From the NCBI RefSeq assembly GCF_009914755.1, contig NC_060935.1: DNA of 64,000 bases. One strand, written 5' to 3'. Source of the stretch: the human T2T-CHM13v2.0 reference genome, Homo sapiens. This document shows positions 24,369-38,895 of this stretch, piece by piece. The notes under the pieces were generated by a model, which did not search any database, was not told the DNA's origin, and worked only from the letters and a program-made list of their open reading frames with translations. Each line of letters opens with the position of its first letter. The first letter of the stretch is position 1. Made by a program: the position numbers and the translations under genes.

Positions 24369-27121
24369 TTTTTGTTTTTTTTTTTGAGAGTCAGGTATAA
24401 AAAATTATAACATAAAAGGTTGTAACATTTGAAAACAACTATATATATAGGAAAAATTAGAAAGTGACTACATGCCAGGGAAAGGTGCAGGCTCAGAACA
24501 TACCTAAGAATACCTCAAGTTTATACTACAAGCTGATTCTTGGTATAACAACAGATAACAAATATCAAAAATATAAAAGAAACAAACAATTTCTAAAACC
24601 AGCAAACTCTAAAGGCAAGAATCTGATTTCCAGAGTTACCACATTATTATTTTAAAATACCCAGTTATCAACAAAAAATCACAAGGCAAACAAAGAAATA
24701 AAAAACTATGGCCCATTCAAAGGAAAAAATAAGTCAACAGAAACTGCCCCTGAAAAAGAACTGATGGCAAATCTACTAGACAAAGACTTTAAGACAACTA
24801 TCTTAAAGATGCTCAAAGAACTAATGAATGATGTGGAGAAAATCAAGAAAACAGTGTACAGGGAAAATGGAAATATTTTTTAAACCACAGAAAATCTAAA
24901 AAGAAACCAAACAAATTCTGGAGCTGAAAAATAAAATAGACTAATAAAAAATTCTCTAGAAGTATTCAAAGACAGATTTGAGCAGGCAGAAGAAAGAATT
25001 GGTGAACTTGAAGATAGAACAATGGAAATCATTGTTTCTGAGAAAGAGAAGAAAAAAGATTAAAGAGAATTAAACAGAGCCTGGGAGGACTTGTGGGACA
25101 CCATCAGTTAGATCAACATGTACATTGTGAAAGTCCCAGAACAAGAAGACAGAAAGGGGCAAAATAAATAATTGAAGAAATTGTTGCTAAAAACTTCCCA
25201 AGTTTGATAAAACATGAATATAAACATTCAAAAAGCTCAAGGAACCCCAAGTAAGATTAACTCAAAACGACCCTCAATGGAAGAAAAAGACCCCACACTG
25301 AGACACATCATAATCAAGCTTTCAAAAAACAAAGAGAGAATCTTGAAAGCAGGCAAAAGAGAAGTGACTCACCCACATATAAGAAATCCTCAATAAGATT
25401 ATAAGCATATTTTTCATTACAAACTGCAAGACAGAAGGTGATGGGCTGCTATATTCAAAGTGTTAAAAGAGAAAAAGCTATCAAGTAATAATGTTGTATC
25501 CAGCAAAACTGCTTCAAAAGTGAGAGAAAAACTGATACATTCCCAGACAAACAAAACCCAAGGGAGTTAGTTACCAGGAGATCTGTTCTGCGAGAAATAC
25601 TCAAGGAAGTCCTTCAGGATAGAATGTAAGGACACTAGATAGTAACTTGACATCACATAAAAAATCAGAATCTCAATAAAGATAAATACATGGACATTTA
25701 TAAAAGTATTATAGTTATATAAATAGTTTGTAACTCTTTTTGTTTTCTACATGATTTAAGAAACTAGTTTATTACAAAAGTATTACTCTAAAAGCTAGTA
25801 TTATTGTAACTTTGGTTTACAACTCCACATTTTGTTTTCTGCATAATTTAAGACACTAATGTATTTAAAAGAATTGTTAGTTAATGTTTTGCGGCATACA
25901 ATGCGTAAAGATGTAATTTTGTGACATCAACAACCAAAAGGGGTAGGGCGGGAACTGCAAAGTTTTTTGTATATTATTGAAGTTAACCTGTTACAAATTC
26001 AAATTCGAGTATTATAAGTTTAGAATATTAAGTGTAATCACCATCGTAACCACAAAGAATATAGCCATGGAATATACATAAAAGGAAATTAGAAAGCAAT
26101 TTAAATATTTCGCTTCAAAAAATTAAACACAAAAAAAGACAGTAATCTAAAAAATTCAGGACAAAAACTGCTGTAAGGTACTAAGAAAACAAATAGTAAA
26201 ATGACAGAAGTAAGTCCCTCTTTATCAGTAATTACTTTAAATATAAATGAATTAAACTCTCCATTCAAAAGACAAAGATTGACAGAATGGATTAAAAAAA
26301 AAAAAAAAAAAACCACCATGATCAAAATATATGCTGTTTACAAGAGACTTACCTTAGATTCAAAGACACAGATTGAAAGTGAAAGGATGGACAAAGGAAT
26401 TCTATGTACATAGTAACCGAAAGAGAGCAGCAATGGCTATACTAATATTAGAAAAAATGGACTTTAAATCAAAAGGTTACAAGAGACAAAGAAAGACATT
26501 GTGTATTAATAAAAGCCTAAATACAGCAAGAAGATATAACTATTATAAATATTTACATACTCAATAAAACACCATAAAAATATAGGAAGTGAAAAGCAAC
26601 AGAATTAAAGAGAGAAATAGACAGTTATGTAATAATAGTTGGAGACTTTAATACCCCATTCTCAATAACAGAAAAGCCAGACAGAAGTATGAAAATAGAG
26701 GATTTAAACACAATAAATCAACTAAATCTAACAGACATATAAAACATGCTACCCAACAACAACACACATTCTTCTCAAGGGCACAAGGGACATCTTCCAG
26801 AATAGACCACATGTTATGCCACAAATTAAGTCTCTATAAATTTTAAAAGATAGATATCATACAAAATATTTTTTCTGATCACAAGATGAAGTTAGAAATC
26901 AATAACAGATATAAAATTGAAAACCTCACAAATTTGTCCATTAAAGAGTGCACTCTTAACCAAGCAATAGATCAAAAAAGAAATCACAAGGTAAATTATG
27001 AAACACACAGAGATTAATCAAAACAAAAGCACAAAGTGTTAAAACTCACATAAGACAGTGAAAGCAGCACTAAGAGAATAATTTACAGCTATGAATGCTT
27101 ACATTAAAAAGCAAAAAAGAA

Positions 27122-27566
27122 CTCAAAGGAAAAGAAGTCTTTATATGAAAAAGACACATGCACACACATTTATAGCAGCATAATTCACAATTGCAAAGAT
27201 ATGGAACCAACCTAAGTGCCCATTGAACAATGAGTGGATAAAGAAAATGTGGTATATATATACCATGGAATACTAGTAAGCCATAAAAAGGAATGAAATA
27301 AATGTCTTTTGCAGCAACTTGGATGGAGCTGGAGGTCATTATTCTAAGTGAAGTAACTCAGGAAGGGAAACCAAATATTGTATGTTCTCACTTATAAGTG
27401 GGAGGTGAACTATGAGGATGCAAGGGCATAAGAACTATATAATGAAATTTGAGGACTCAGAGGGAAGGTTGGGAGGAGGGTGAGAGATAAAAGACACATG
27501 TTGAATACAGTGTGCACTGCTTGGGTGACAAATGCACTAAAATCTCATAAATCACCACTAAAGAAC
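27122..27566 (+). mobile_element. L1PB1-like 3' fragment inserted in L1MB ORF2
   Basis: 'gaggatgcaagggcataagaac...ataaatcaccactaaagaac'; TSD aaagcaaaaaaga / aaagcaagaaaga. Confidence 0.8.
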
Positions 27567-27708
27567 AACAAAGCAAGAAAGATCCAAAATTAACAACTTA
27601 ACTTTATAACTTAAGAAACTAGAAAAAGGAGTACAAACTAAACCCAAAGCTAGCAGAAGTAAATAATGAATATTAAAGCAGAGATAAATGATATAAATAA
27701 TAGAAAAG

Positions 27709-28072
27709 TGTATTAGTCTGTTCTCATGCTGCTAATAAAGACATACCCAAGACTGAGTGATTCATAAGGAAAAACAGGTTTAATGGACTCACAGTTCCAC
27801 ATGGCTGAGGAGACCTCATAATCATGGCAGAAGGTGAAGGAGGAGCAAGGCATGTCTTAGATGGCAGCAGGCAAGAGAGTGTGTGCAGGGGAACTGCCCA
27901 TTATGAAATCATCAGATGTCATGAAACTTATTTATCATTATGAGAACAGCATGTGGAAAACCAGCCTCCATGATTCAATTACCTCACACCGGGTCCCTCC
28001 CACAACATATGGGGATTATGGGAGCTAAATTTCAAGATGAGATTTGGGTAGGGACACAGCTAAACCATATCA
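27709..28072 (-). mobile_element. THE1C solo LTR
   Basis: tgtattagtctgttctcatgctgctaataaagac...aaaccatatca; 5-bp TSD aaaag. Confidence 0.9.
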
Positions 28073-29310
28073 AAAAGCAGTAGAGAAAATCAATAAAACC
28101 AAAAATTTATTTTTTTAAAAACTCGACAAAATTGACAAAACTTAGCTGGATGGACTAATAAAAAAAGAGATGACTTAAATTATTAAAATCAGGAAAGAAA
28201 GTGACAATTTTTCTACTGATTCTATAGAAACAAAAAGGATTATAAGAGAGTAGTATGAGAAATTGTAGGACAACAAATTAGATAACCTAGACAAAACGAA
28301 CAAATTCCCGGAAACACGAAACCTACCAAGACAAAATCATGAAGAAATAGAAAATCTGAGTAAACATATTAACTAGTAAGGAGATTTAATCAGTAATCAA
28401 AAAGCTCCCAACAAAAAAAAGTCCCGGACCTGTGGCTTCACTGGTGAATTCTACCAAACATTTAAAGAAAAACTAATACCTATCTTTCTCAAACTTTTCT
28501 GAAAAATTGAATAGGAGGGAACACTTCCTGACTCATTCTATGAGGACAGCATTACCTTGATGACCAAGCCAGACAATAACACTGCAAGTAAAGAAAATTA
28601 CAGATCAATATTCCTTATTAACATTGATGCAAAAATCATCAAAAAACATTGGCAAACATGACACTGAATAGTGAAAGACTGAAAACTTTTCCTCTAAGAC
28701 TAGCAATAAGGCAAGGATGCTTGCTTTTACCACTTCTATTCAACATAGTACTAGAAGTTCTAGCCAGAACAATTATGCAAAAAAAGAGAAAAGAAAAGAA
28801 AGAAAAAGCATCCAAATTGGAAAAAAAAAAAAATGAACTTACTTCTTGCTGTTTTTGCAGAGGATTATTATGTAGAAAACCCTAAGGATTCAAAAATATA
28901 TATCTGTTAGAACTAATAAATGCTGTCACAGAAAAGTAGCAAAATACAAAGTTACCACTAAAAACTCAGTTTAACAATCTGAAAAAAAATTACAAAAACA
29001 ATTACATTTATAATAGCATCAAAAATAATAAAATGCTTTGAAATTAACCAAGGACATGAAAGACATACAATGAAAACTACAAGATATTGCTGAAAAAAAA
29101 TTAAAGACATAAATAAATGGAAATATCTTGTGTTCATGAATTGGAAGGCTTATTGTTAAGATGTCAATACCACCCAAAGTAATCTACAGATCTGATGCAA
29201 TCTCTATCAAAATCCCAAAAACAATTGTTGCAGAAACAGTAAAACCTGTTCTATATAATTCATGTGGAATCTCAAGGGACCCTGAATAGCCACAGATACC
29301 TTGAAAAATA

Positions 29311-29530
29311 GCAAAGGCATGTCTCACATGGCAGCAGACAAAAGAAGAGGGCTTATGCAGGAAAACTCCCTCTTATAATAACCATCAGATCTCAGGAGAC
29401 TTACTCACTATCACGAGAACAGCATGGGAAAGACCTGCCCCCATGATTCAATTACCTCCCAGTGGGTCCCTCCCACCACATGTGGGAATTCCAGATGAGA
29501 TTTGGGTGGGGACACAGCCAAACCATATCA
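29311..29530 (-). mobile_element. Truncated THE1B LTR
   Basis: 'gtctcacatggcagcagacaaaagaagag...gggacacagccaaaccatatca'. Confidence 0.85.
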
Positions 29531-31330
29531 TCATGCTATCTGATAAGGGATTAATATTCAGAATATATACAGAACTCTTAAAACTCAACAACAGAAACCC
29601 AATCTGATTCAAAAATAGGCAAAGGACTGGAATAGACATTTATCTAATAAACACATGAAGAGATGCACATCATCATTAATCATTAGGGAAATACAAATCA
29701 AAACTACAAGCCATAACACCTCACACCCATTAGAATGGCTACTTAAAAACAAAACAAAAAAAAAACCATAAAATAACAAGTACTGGTGATGATGTGGAGA
29801 AATTGGGACCCTTGTGCACTGTTAGTAGGAATGTAAAATGGTACAGTTGTTGTAGAAAACAGCATGGCAGTTTCTCAAAAAAATTAAAAATAGAATTATC
29901 ATATGACCCAGTAGTTTTACTTCTGAATATATATACCCAAAAGAATTGAAAGCAAGATCTCAAAGAGATATTTGTACACCCATATTCATAGCAGCATAAT
30001 TCACAATAGCTAAAATATGGAAGCAAGTGCCCATTGACAGATGAAAGGATCAGCAAAATGTAGCATACATACACAATGGAATATTATTCAGCCCTAAAAA
30101 GGAAAGAAAGTCTGACATATGCTACAACATGAATGTATCTTGAGGACAAAATGCTAAGTGAAATAAGCCAGTCACAAAAAGACAAATACTGTATGATTCC
30201 ACTTATATGAGGTAGAGTAATCAAAATCATAGAGACAGAAAATAGAATGGTGCTTGCCCGGTGCTGAGGGGAGGGGGAAATGGGGCATTATTGTTTAACG
30301 TGTGTAGAGTTTCAATTTTACAAGATGAAGAGGTATGGAGATGGATGGTGGTGATGGTTGCACAACATTATGAATGCATTTAATATGCTAAATTATACAT
30401 TTAAAATGGTTAAGATGGTAAAAAAAAAAAAGTAAAGGATAAATGTTACCAAAAAATAAAGCAAAGATGTAGAAATCAATAATAAATCTGTGTAAATAAT
30501 TATTGAAACAGTGGAGATTAAAAATAACAGACTACTTAGCATAATATTAAAATAAACTAAAAATCTAAATGAAATGGATAAATTCATAGGATAATACAAT
30601 TTATCAAATTTGACCTTAGTAGAAATCAAAAGCTTAAAGAAACCAATTTCCATAGAAAAAAATAGAAAGTCATAATAGAACTATTCCACAAAAGAAACAT
30701 CAGGCTTGAATGATTTCACAGGTGAATTCCACCAAACGTCCAAAGATCAGAAAATCTGAATACCACTTAATTGTTTCGAAGCATAGAAAAAGAAAAAAAT
30801 TCTAAAAAATTTAATGAAGGAAGTATAACATTTCTACCAAAATTTGGTAAAAATAGCACCTTCCCAAATTTATAAACAAATGGCCTTTTCGAATATTGAC
30901 GTAAAAACTACTGAATTAAATATTAGCAAACAGATTGAAAGATCATATTAAAAAGAGAATTATCATGACTAACTAGGATTTATTCCAGGCATGAAAGAAT
31001 AGATCAATATTTAAAAATCTATTAATATAATTTACTATATTAATAGAGGCAAATAGGAAATGAATATAATTTTCTCCAAAGACCCTAAAAATAAAATAAA
31101 ATTCCAAGCTTCAATAAATTTCCAAACACAATCCAGGTAAGGACTGATGGATATTGCTGAATAAGATTTTCAGAATGCATATCTCAGTCCTGAAGCTAGA
31201 ATCTTACTCCATTGGGAAACACTAGAGGCATTCCCTTAAAGCCCCTAAACAAAGCAAGCTTTCCCACTATGTATTCAAGGTATTAACTAATGCAATCAGA
31301 CAAAACAAACCTTTTAGATGTGAGAATTAG

Positions 31331-31680
<350 letters not shown>

Positions 31681-31981
31681 ACAAATCTATCTTTATTAAT
31701 GTGATAATATACCTAAAGGTATATGTCAAGGGACAATCAACACCAATAATAAAATACTTCAGTAAGATACCAGAATATTGAATTAATACAAATCAATAGC
31801 TTTTATACACGAATAACCAGTTTAATATAACAAGGAAGAATACTTCATTTACAAAAGCATTGAAAAAATCAGGAATTAGGCTTAACAAGAAATGTGCAAA
31901 ACATGTAGGAAAAAACTTGAAAACAGTCTTAAAACCACAAAAATAAACTTGAACATCGAAAGATCACATTTCTTTGGATAG

Positions 31982-32466
31982 TGTGATAGACAGAATAATA
32001 GCTACCCCACTCTGCAAAGATGCCCAGGTCCAAACTGCCAGAGCTTGTGAATATGCAACCTTGTGTGGCAAAATGGACTTTGCAGAAGTGATTGCATTAA
32101 CGATATAGAGATGCGGAGATTGTCCTGAATTATCTGAGTGGGTCCACTATAATCACAAGGATCCTTGTAAGAGGAAGTCAGGAAGGTCAAAGTCAGAGAA
32201 GGCACCATGAGAGCAGAGGTGAGAGAGGTTTGAAAATGCTGTGCTCCTGTCTTTAAGGATAGAGGAAGGATCCATAAGGCAAGGAAGATGGAGAAAACAA
32301 ATAAATGGATTATCCCCTAAGTCTCCAGAAGCAATACAGCCCTCTGACATCTTGATTTTATGAGACTGTTTTTGGACTTTTGACCTCCAGAATTCTAAGA
32401 TAATAAACTTATGTGGTTTTAAGTCACATTAGTGATAATTTGTTACGGTAACAGGAAACTAACACA
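31982..32466 (+). mobile_element. MLT1D solo LTR
   Basis: tgtgatagacagaataat...ggaaactaacaca; 'ggactttgcagaagtgatt'. Confidence 0.85.
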
Positions 32467-33415
32467 TATTTAATGACTCAACAGCATTAAAAATGCCAGT
32501 TCTCCAAAGTTAAAATACATTTAATGTGATCCCAATAACAATATTTTTAGGTTTTATTTTCTAGATTTAGACAAGTTGCCTCTAAAATATATTTATGTAA
32601 AAATAGCTAGGAGAAATAAAAAACCCTGGAAAAAAGAGAAGTGAGGGCAGTCTAGCTATACCAGAAATTAAAACATACCACAAAGCCACTGTAATTAAAA
32701 TATTACGGAAATAGGGCACAAGTACAGAGACCAATGGAAGTGAATAGAAAATCAAGAACTAAACCCAAGTACATTTGAAAGTTTAGCATATGAAAAAGAT
32801 TGCATCTCAAATGACTGGGATAAGAAAATGTTTAATAAATTATAATGAGAAAATAATATATTGCCAACTATGACTCAGAATCCAGATAAAAATAAACTAC
32901 ATATGTACAAAAAATTTTGCAAGGTCAAAATGAAAAAGAAAAATCAAGAAACAAATTATAAACTAGTAAAGAAATGATTACAAAGTATGTCACACTTACA
33001 GGACTGATCTGCCTAATATATAACATATTCTTGAATTCTGATGGAAAATACCAAAACCCTATTTTTTAAAAGGTGGAGGATGGAGCAAATGGTATAAACA
33101 GAGTCCACAGGAAAATACATGTAAATGCCCTTTAAACATTAAAAAATCCACAACTTCACTCATAGTAAGAGAAATGCAAAATGAAACTATATTGAGACAC
33201 CAATTCTCACCATCAGATTGCCAAGAATTCAAAAGCTTGACAACATTCTGTTAGAACAACATTCTCACACATTGCTAGTAGAAATGCAAAATAGCACAGC
33301 CTAATGGAGGAGGATTCAGCAATATGGAACAAAATAGCATGTATCTTACTTCTTGACTCTGTAATACCACTTCTAGGATTTTATCTTTAAGGTGCACCTC
33401 CAGAATTTATATAAA

Positions 33416-34870
33416 CTTCTGGTTTCCAGTCCAATACATAAAAAGCTTAGAAAAAAAGAAAAAAATAAAAAGCTGAACAAACTGAAAACCAACACTTTTC
33501 TTAGGTCCACCAGAGAATTAAGGTTAGAGCAAGCCACTGCCCTGAACATTGGAGAAGAAAATACAAGAATCATAGCCTCCTGATAACAGAAACTGCCACT
33601 GGAGCCAGCAACTGGTAGGAAATTGATAAGAAGACAAAGGTAATTGACTAATTGTTGGAGACAGTGTGTTCTAGCTTGAGAAAAAAATATCTTGGGAGCC
33701 ATCCATAAGGGGTCCCACACTTTTGTGAGTTTTCATCTTCGGAATCCCTGTTTCCCAGGGTGAAGTTCTGAAAAAAAAAAAATCCTTTTTGATTCCTGAA
33801 GAGGGAGGAGGAAAGTAATCATTTTGAAATATACCTAGAGTTTTCTCTTGTTTTAAACAAAGGTCTGCCCTCAAGGACAAATATTTTACCACTGCTTAAC
33901 TTACATGGGAGAAGAGAAGTACTCTATTTCAGCCCCCTATAGACTTCCTGTCTCACCTAAAAAATAGGAAAACAAGCTGAGAAGAATTTATGAAGGCCAC
34001 AGCCCAGGAGCATAGGCTCACTAAAAGACTGAGACCTAATCTTAGTAGTACAGAACACTCTTCTCCCCGACTCCTCACCACCACATCAATGGAGCCCCTA
34101 TATAATAATTGGAGAACACAATTGAAAGAACTGCAAGTCCTGAGACCTCACTGTAGAAGTCTCTAGGGAAACCCAAAGATAACAGGGCAGAGAAAAACAA
34201 GAACACCAGAGGACATTTTAGCTTCTGACACCTGCAACAAACAATAAACACAGCCCAATTCCCATTCAGATAAACAAAAAAGCTGAAGGCCTATGTACCT
34301 CAGTTCTTTTACCTGATATGTTCAGTTTTCAACAAAAAATTATAGCACATGCTAAAAGGCAAAAACAACAACAACAACAACAAAAAAAAACCCCACCATC
34401 TGAAGAGACAGAACACACATCAGAACCAGACCCAGGTGTGTCGGAGATTTTAGAATTATCAGACTGGAAATTTAAAATAGCTATGATTAATATACTAAGG
34501 GCTCTAAAGGAAAAAGTGGAAAACATGCAAGAACAAATAACAATGCAAGCAGAGAGATGAAGTCTAAGAATGAATCAAAAAGATTTTAGGATGCTTTTTG
34601 CTAGCATCAAAAGGATGCTAGAAATAAAAAACACAATAACAGAAATAAGGAAAGCCTTTGATCAGTAGACTGGACATGGCTGAGGAGAGAATCAATGACC
34701 TTGAAGATGTGTCAACAGAAACTTCCCAAACTGGAAGACAAAAGGGAAAAAATGTTGTGGTTTATTTTTAAAGTGGAACAAAATATCTAAGAGCTGTGGA
34801 ACAATTACAAAAATACGTAACATATGCATAGTGGGAATACCACAAGGAGAAGGAAGAGAGAAAGGAACGG
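33416..34870 (+). mobile_element. L1MC-type 5' UTR plus start of ORF1 (3'-truncated)
   Basis: 'cttctggtttccagtcc...aagctgaacaaactgaaaacc'; ORF1-like ILELSDWKFKIAMINILRALKEKVENMQEQ. Confidence 0.7.
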
Positions 34871-34982
34871 AGGATATACCTCTGCAAATACAAAACAACA
34901 TATGCATGAACTGAAGCACTATTTTTAATGGCAAAATTTTGGAAGCAATTTAAATGTATATCCATAAAAGACATAGATACAT

Positions 34983-35710
34983 TGTTATAGAACCAAACTG
35001 GAGTCCACTCACCCAGCACAACAAAGCCAAGCACTGACAATGGGTTGGCAGCAAGAGAAAGTGAGGCATTTATTTGCAGGGCATCAAGCAAGGAGGATCA
35101 GGCAGCTAATGCTTAAATTCTGACCTCTCCAGTGTCTTGCAGATGAGGATTTTGAGAGGCGGGGGTAAATTTCAGGAAAGTAGAAGTTAAAGGCAAAATC
35201 ATAAATCAATACATGGAGGTTACATATTGGTTTTGGCCTAAAAGGAATTATTTTGAGGTGTGTGGGGCTTACAGATCATAGGTAGATTCAAAGATTTTCT
35301 GATTTGCAACTGGTTAAGGAAAATAAGCTTTGTTTAAAAATTTGGGGTCAGCAGAAAAGAACGTTAGCTCTTGCTTGTGGGTGTGACTTTCTCTAGGCCA
35401 CTCAGAATGCAATTTAGAACAAAGAAAAGTGGTCAGAATACAGTGCCTAGTTCCCCCTCATGTGAGTTTTATGTGCTGGTGAATCTGTTCAGTGGGAATC
35501 TGGGTTTCTGAAAAACAACTCAGAGACATATGTTAAGATGTTATCTTTAGTTTCTATAGGGAACCAAATATGCCATTGTTCTAGTTTCCTTGGCTATTGT
35601 TTTAGACTACTATTATCTTCTTGCTTATCCAGTTGCTTCTTGGGACTGGGTAGGTGTCTGGAACGTCCCTTGAAGGACCTCAAGTTTTTCCTTTATTTCC
35701 ATGCTCCATC
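34983..35710 (-). mobile_element. ERV1 MER4-group LTR (MER49/LTR48-like)
   Basis: 'cataggtagattcaaagattttctgatttgcaactggttaagg' MER4-group motif. Confidence 0.6.
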
Positions 35711-35759
35711 TCAAAATAAGCTATAATTTGTCCACTTACATTTTAACGCTATATGGCAG

Positions 35760-36387
35760 TGTCAGTGACTTTCTAATCAGAGAGACTCCAACTTAGATAG
35801 CAGCTGGGTAAAATAAGGCTGAGACCTACTGGGCTGCATTCCTAGGAGTTTAAGGCATTCTTAGTCACAGGATGAGATAGGAGGTTGACACAAGGTACAG
35901 GTCATAAAGACCTTGCTGATAAAACAGCATGCAGTAAAGAAGCTGGCCAAAACCCACCAAAACCAAGATGGTGACAGAAGTGACCTCTGGTCGTCCTCAC
36001 TGCTCATTACGCACTAATTATAATGCATAAGCATGCTAAAAGACACTCCCACCGGTGCCATGACAGCTTACAAATGCCATGGCTACATCAGGAAGTTACT
36101 TTATAGGGTCTCAAGAGTGGAGGAACCCTCAGTTCCAAAAATTGCCCACCCCTTTCACGGATAACTCATGAATAATTTACCCCTGGTTCAGCAAATAATC
36201 AAGAAATAGCCAGAAAAATGGCCAACCAGCAGCTTATGCTGTTGCCCTGCCTGTCGAGTAGCCATTCTTTACCCCCTTACTTTCCTAATAAACTTACTTT
36301 CACTTTATGGATTCGCCTTAAATTATTTCTTCTGCAAGATCCAAGAACCCTCTCTTAGGTCTGGATCAGGATCCCTTTCTGGTAACA
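35760..36387 (+). mobile_element. MER41B solo LTR
   Basis: 628 bp TG...CA; 'ctgggtaaaataaggctgagacctactgggctgcattcc'; end 'gatccaagaaccctctcttaggtctggatc...ggtaaca'; TSD-like gcag / acag. Confidence 0.9.
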
Positions 36388-36743
36388 ACAGAAGCAAAGA
36401 ATAAAGATCTCTAATAACCGATATGGAATGATTTCTAGGATATATTGTTAAATTTAAATGTTTAATTTAATTTTTAAGTGCAAAACTTTTATATAGTATG
36501 TATTGTTTTATATATTACATTATACATATTAAAATACTGTTTTTATGAAATAAGAGGCTCAATTTCAGAAAAACAAATCCAAGCAAGACAAACTAGAAAC
36601 AAATAAAATTATTTATAGTGGATACATATGAATAGAGTGGAAGAGATGGGGATAGAAATGAGACTTCTCTAAGTATATAATAACTTTTTTATATGGTTCT
36701 CATTGTTGAACCATGTAACCCTTTTACATAATCAAAAATAAAA

Positions 36744-37091
36744 TCACACTGCTATAAACAACTGCCCGAGGCTGGGTAATTTATTAAGGAAAGAGGTTTA
36801 ATTGACTCACAGTTCTGCATTGCTAGGGAGGCCTCAGGAAACTTACAATTATGCTAGAAGAGGAAGCAAACATGTCCTTCTTCATATGATTGCAGGAAGG
36901 AGAAATGCCAGGCAAAGAGGGAAAAGCCCCATATAAACTATGAGATCTCTCGAGAACTTACTATCATGAGAACAGCAGCATGGGAGTAACCACCCCTACG
37001 ATTCAATTACCTCCCACCAGTTCCCTCCCATGACTTGTGGGAACTACAATTCAATATGAGATTTGGGTGGGGACACAGCCAAACCATATCA
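36744..37091 (-). mobile_element. THE1D LTR (one end slightly truncated)
   Basis: 'gaggcctcaggaaacttacaat...gaggaagcaaacatgtccttcttca...aaaccatatca'. Confidence 0.85.
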
Positions 37092-37099
37092 CTAAGATT

Positions 37100-38895
37100 T
37101 TTTTTTAAAATAGCAAAGAAATCTTAAACTTTTTCATATGTTTGTTATTAGAGGCAGTATTGGCATAATTCTGAAACTATTTGTTGAATATAGTAAATAT
37201 GTAAACAAATAAATATAGTGATGTTTAGGGGTACAGGTTCTCACTGTGGAGTAAGGAGAATCTAATATGAAATGGTGAAAATGAGTGGTACTGGGTTTTG
37301 ATTAGAGATATCCATATAAACTCAGAATTTTATGTTTCCTAACTCTGTCCACTGTAAGCACAGCATATTAAATTATATCCTCAGAGAAGCTTCATTTCAA
37401 TTGTTATTCCTCCAACTCACTCCCACTTACTTCCCATAGGTAACCATTCCCATTGTTTACTGATTTATTGTTATCAAGTTTCATTCTACAAAATAAGCAA
37501 ACATACACATATATACATGAAACATTTATATTTCTCCTTTCTTACACAAAAACTGGCATGTACTGAAACTTAATGTCCAGTACTTGATTTCTAAACACTA
37601 GTCTTCAGTGAAACAAACTAGGATTCCTTAAAGGAAGGACTGATTCCAAATCAAAGGCAGAGAAATTACAAACTAAGCTTAGAACATTTTCTGTGCTAGA
37701 CAACAAGGGAGGCACAAAGACTGAAGGGGATATATCCAGATGACACAGGAGCCAGCTTGAAAGAGCTCTGATTAGAAAAATGTCACACAATTTGAGCATC
37801 AAAATAACCAATGAAGGTAATGGACTATAATATTGAATTTTAAAATCCATAAATTCATAGTGATACTGAAAGAGAAAAAAAAAGATTGTGGTGGTGGGAG
37901 GAGGAAGTTCTTTATTACAGGAGAAAGCCATCTAATAAGGGCAGAAAGGATGATAGAATTAGAATATAATCATTGACTTCAGGCAAGAATCATCAATGGA
38001 AGCTAAAACCATTGGGTTAATGATTGTTATACATTTACCTGTCTTCAAAGTAACACCTATCCCTCACCACCAGTTTACTTCCTAAGTATAAAGATAATGA
38101 GGTACCTTTAAAATAGATCTGGAAGACAACACCTTATCCAAGTGATCCAATTTATCATCACCACAATCACGGAACAATCTGATATTATATGCCTCCTGAT
38201 GTGACACATGAGAAGTACACAGCATCAACTATGTACAATCCTTGCTAAATATATATGTAGATATATATTGACTGTAAATCTAATCATGAAGAAATAATTA
38301 TACAAATGCAAATTATGAGATAGTCTACCAAGAAGCTAGCCTAGATTTCTCAAACAGTAATGTCATAATATACACAGAATTCACAGACAGATGGGGCAGT
38401 GTTCTTGATGAAAAGAGACTAAAGACGAATAATTACCAAATGCAGTGCTTGATCCATGACTGGATTTGGGATGGTGGGGTGGGTGGGGAGGGGACAAACA
38501 GCTTTTAAAGAAATGTTTGGATCATTTGGGAAAACTTGAAAATGGGCTATAAATTAAATAGCATTATTGAATTAATGTTAAGTCTCTTGGGTGTAATAAT
38601 GGTGAGGTTACGCAGGAAAATCTTATTCTTATAAGAATTATGATGACAATTTAGGGATGAAGTGTCATGATGTCTGCAGCTTACTTTCAAATGATTGAGA
38701 AATAAAAAAATATATGCACATATAGTGACAGACACAGACAGCAAAAGCAAGAGAAAGAAAAAGAGAGAAAGAGAGTGCAAATACGGCAGAATATTAACAA
38801 TTCATAACTCACGTGTAAGGCATACTGATATTTATTTTATTATTGCAATTTTTCTATAGGTTTGAATTTTCTCAGAATAAAAACTTGAAAAAAAT
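37100..38895 (+). mobile_element. L1MC4/5-type 3' UTR
   Basis: 'gtcacacaatttgagcatcaaaataa', 'gtgtcatgatgtctgcagcttactttcaaatg', A-rich end. Confidence 0.7.

Noticed and set aside
25214-28885. L1 ORF1/ORF2-like ORFs as an active element
   Set aside because: Many stops, frameshifts, deletions and nested insertions; dead L1MB.
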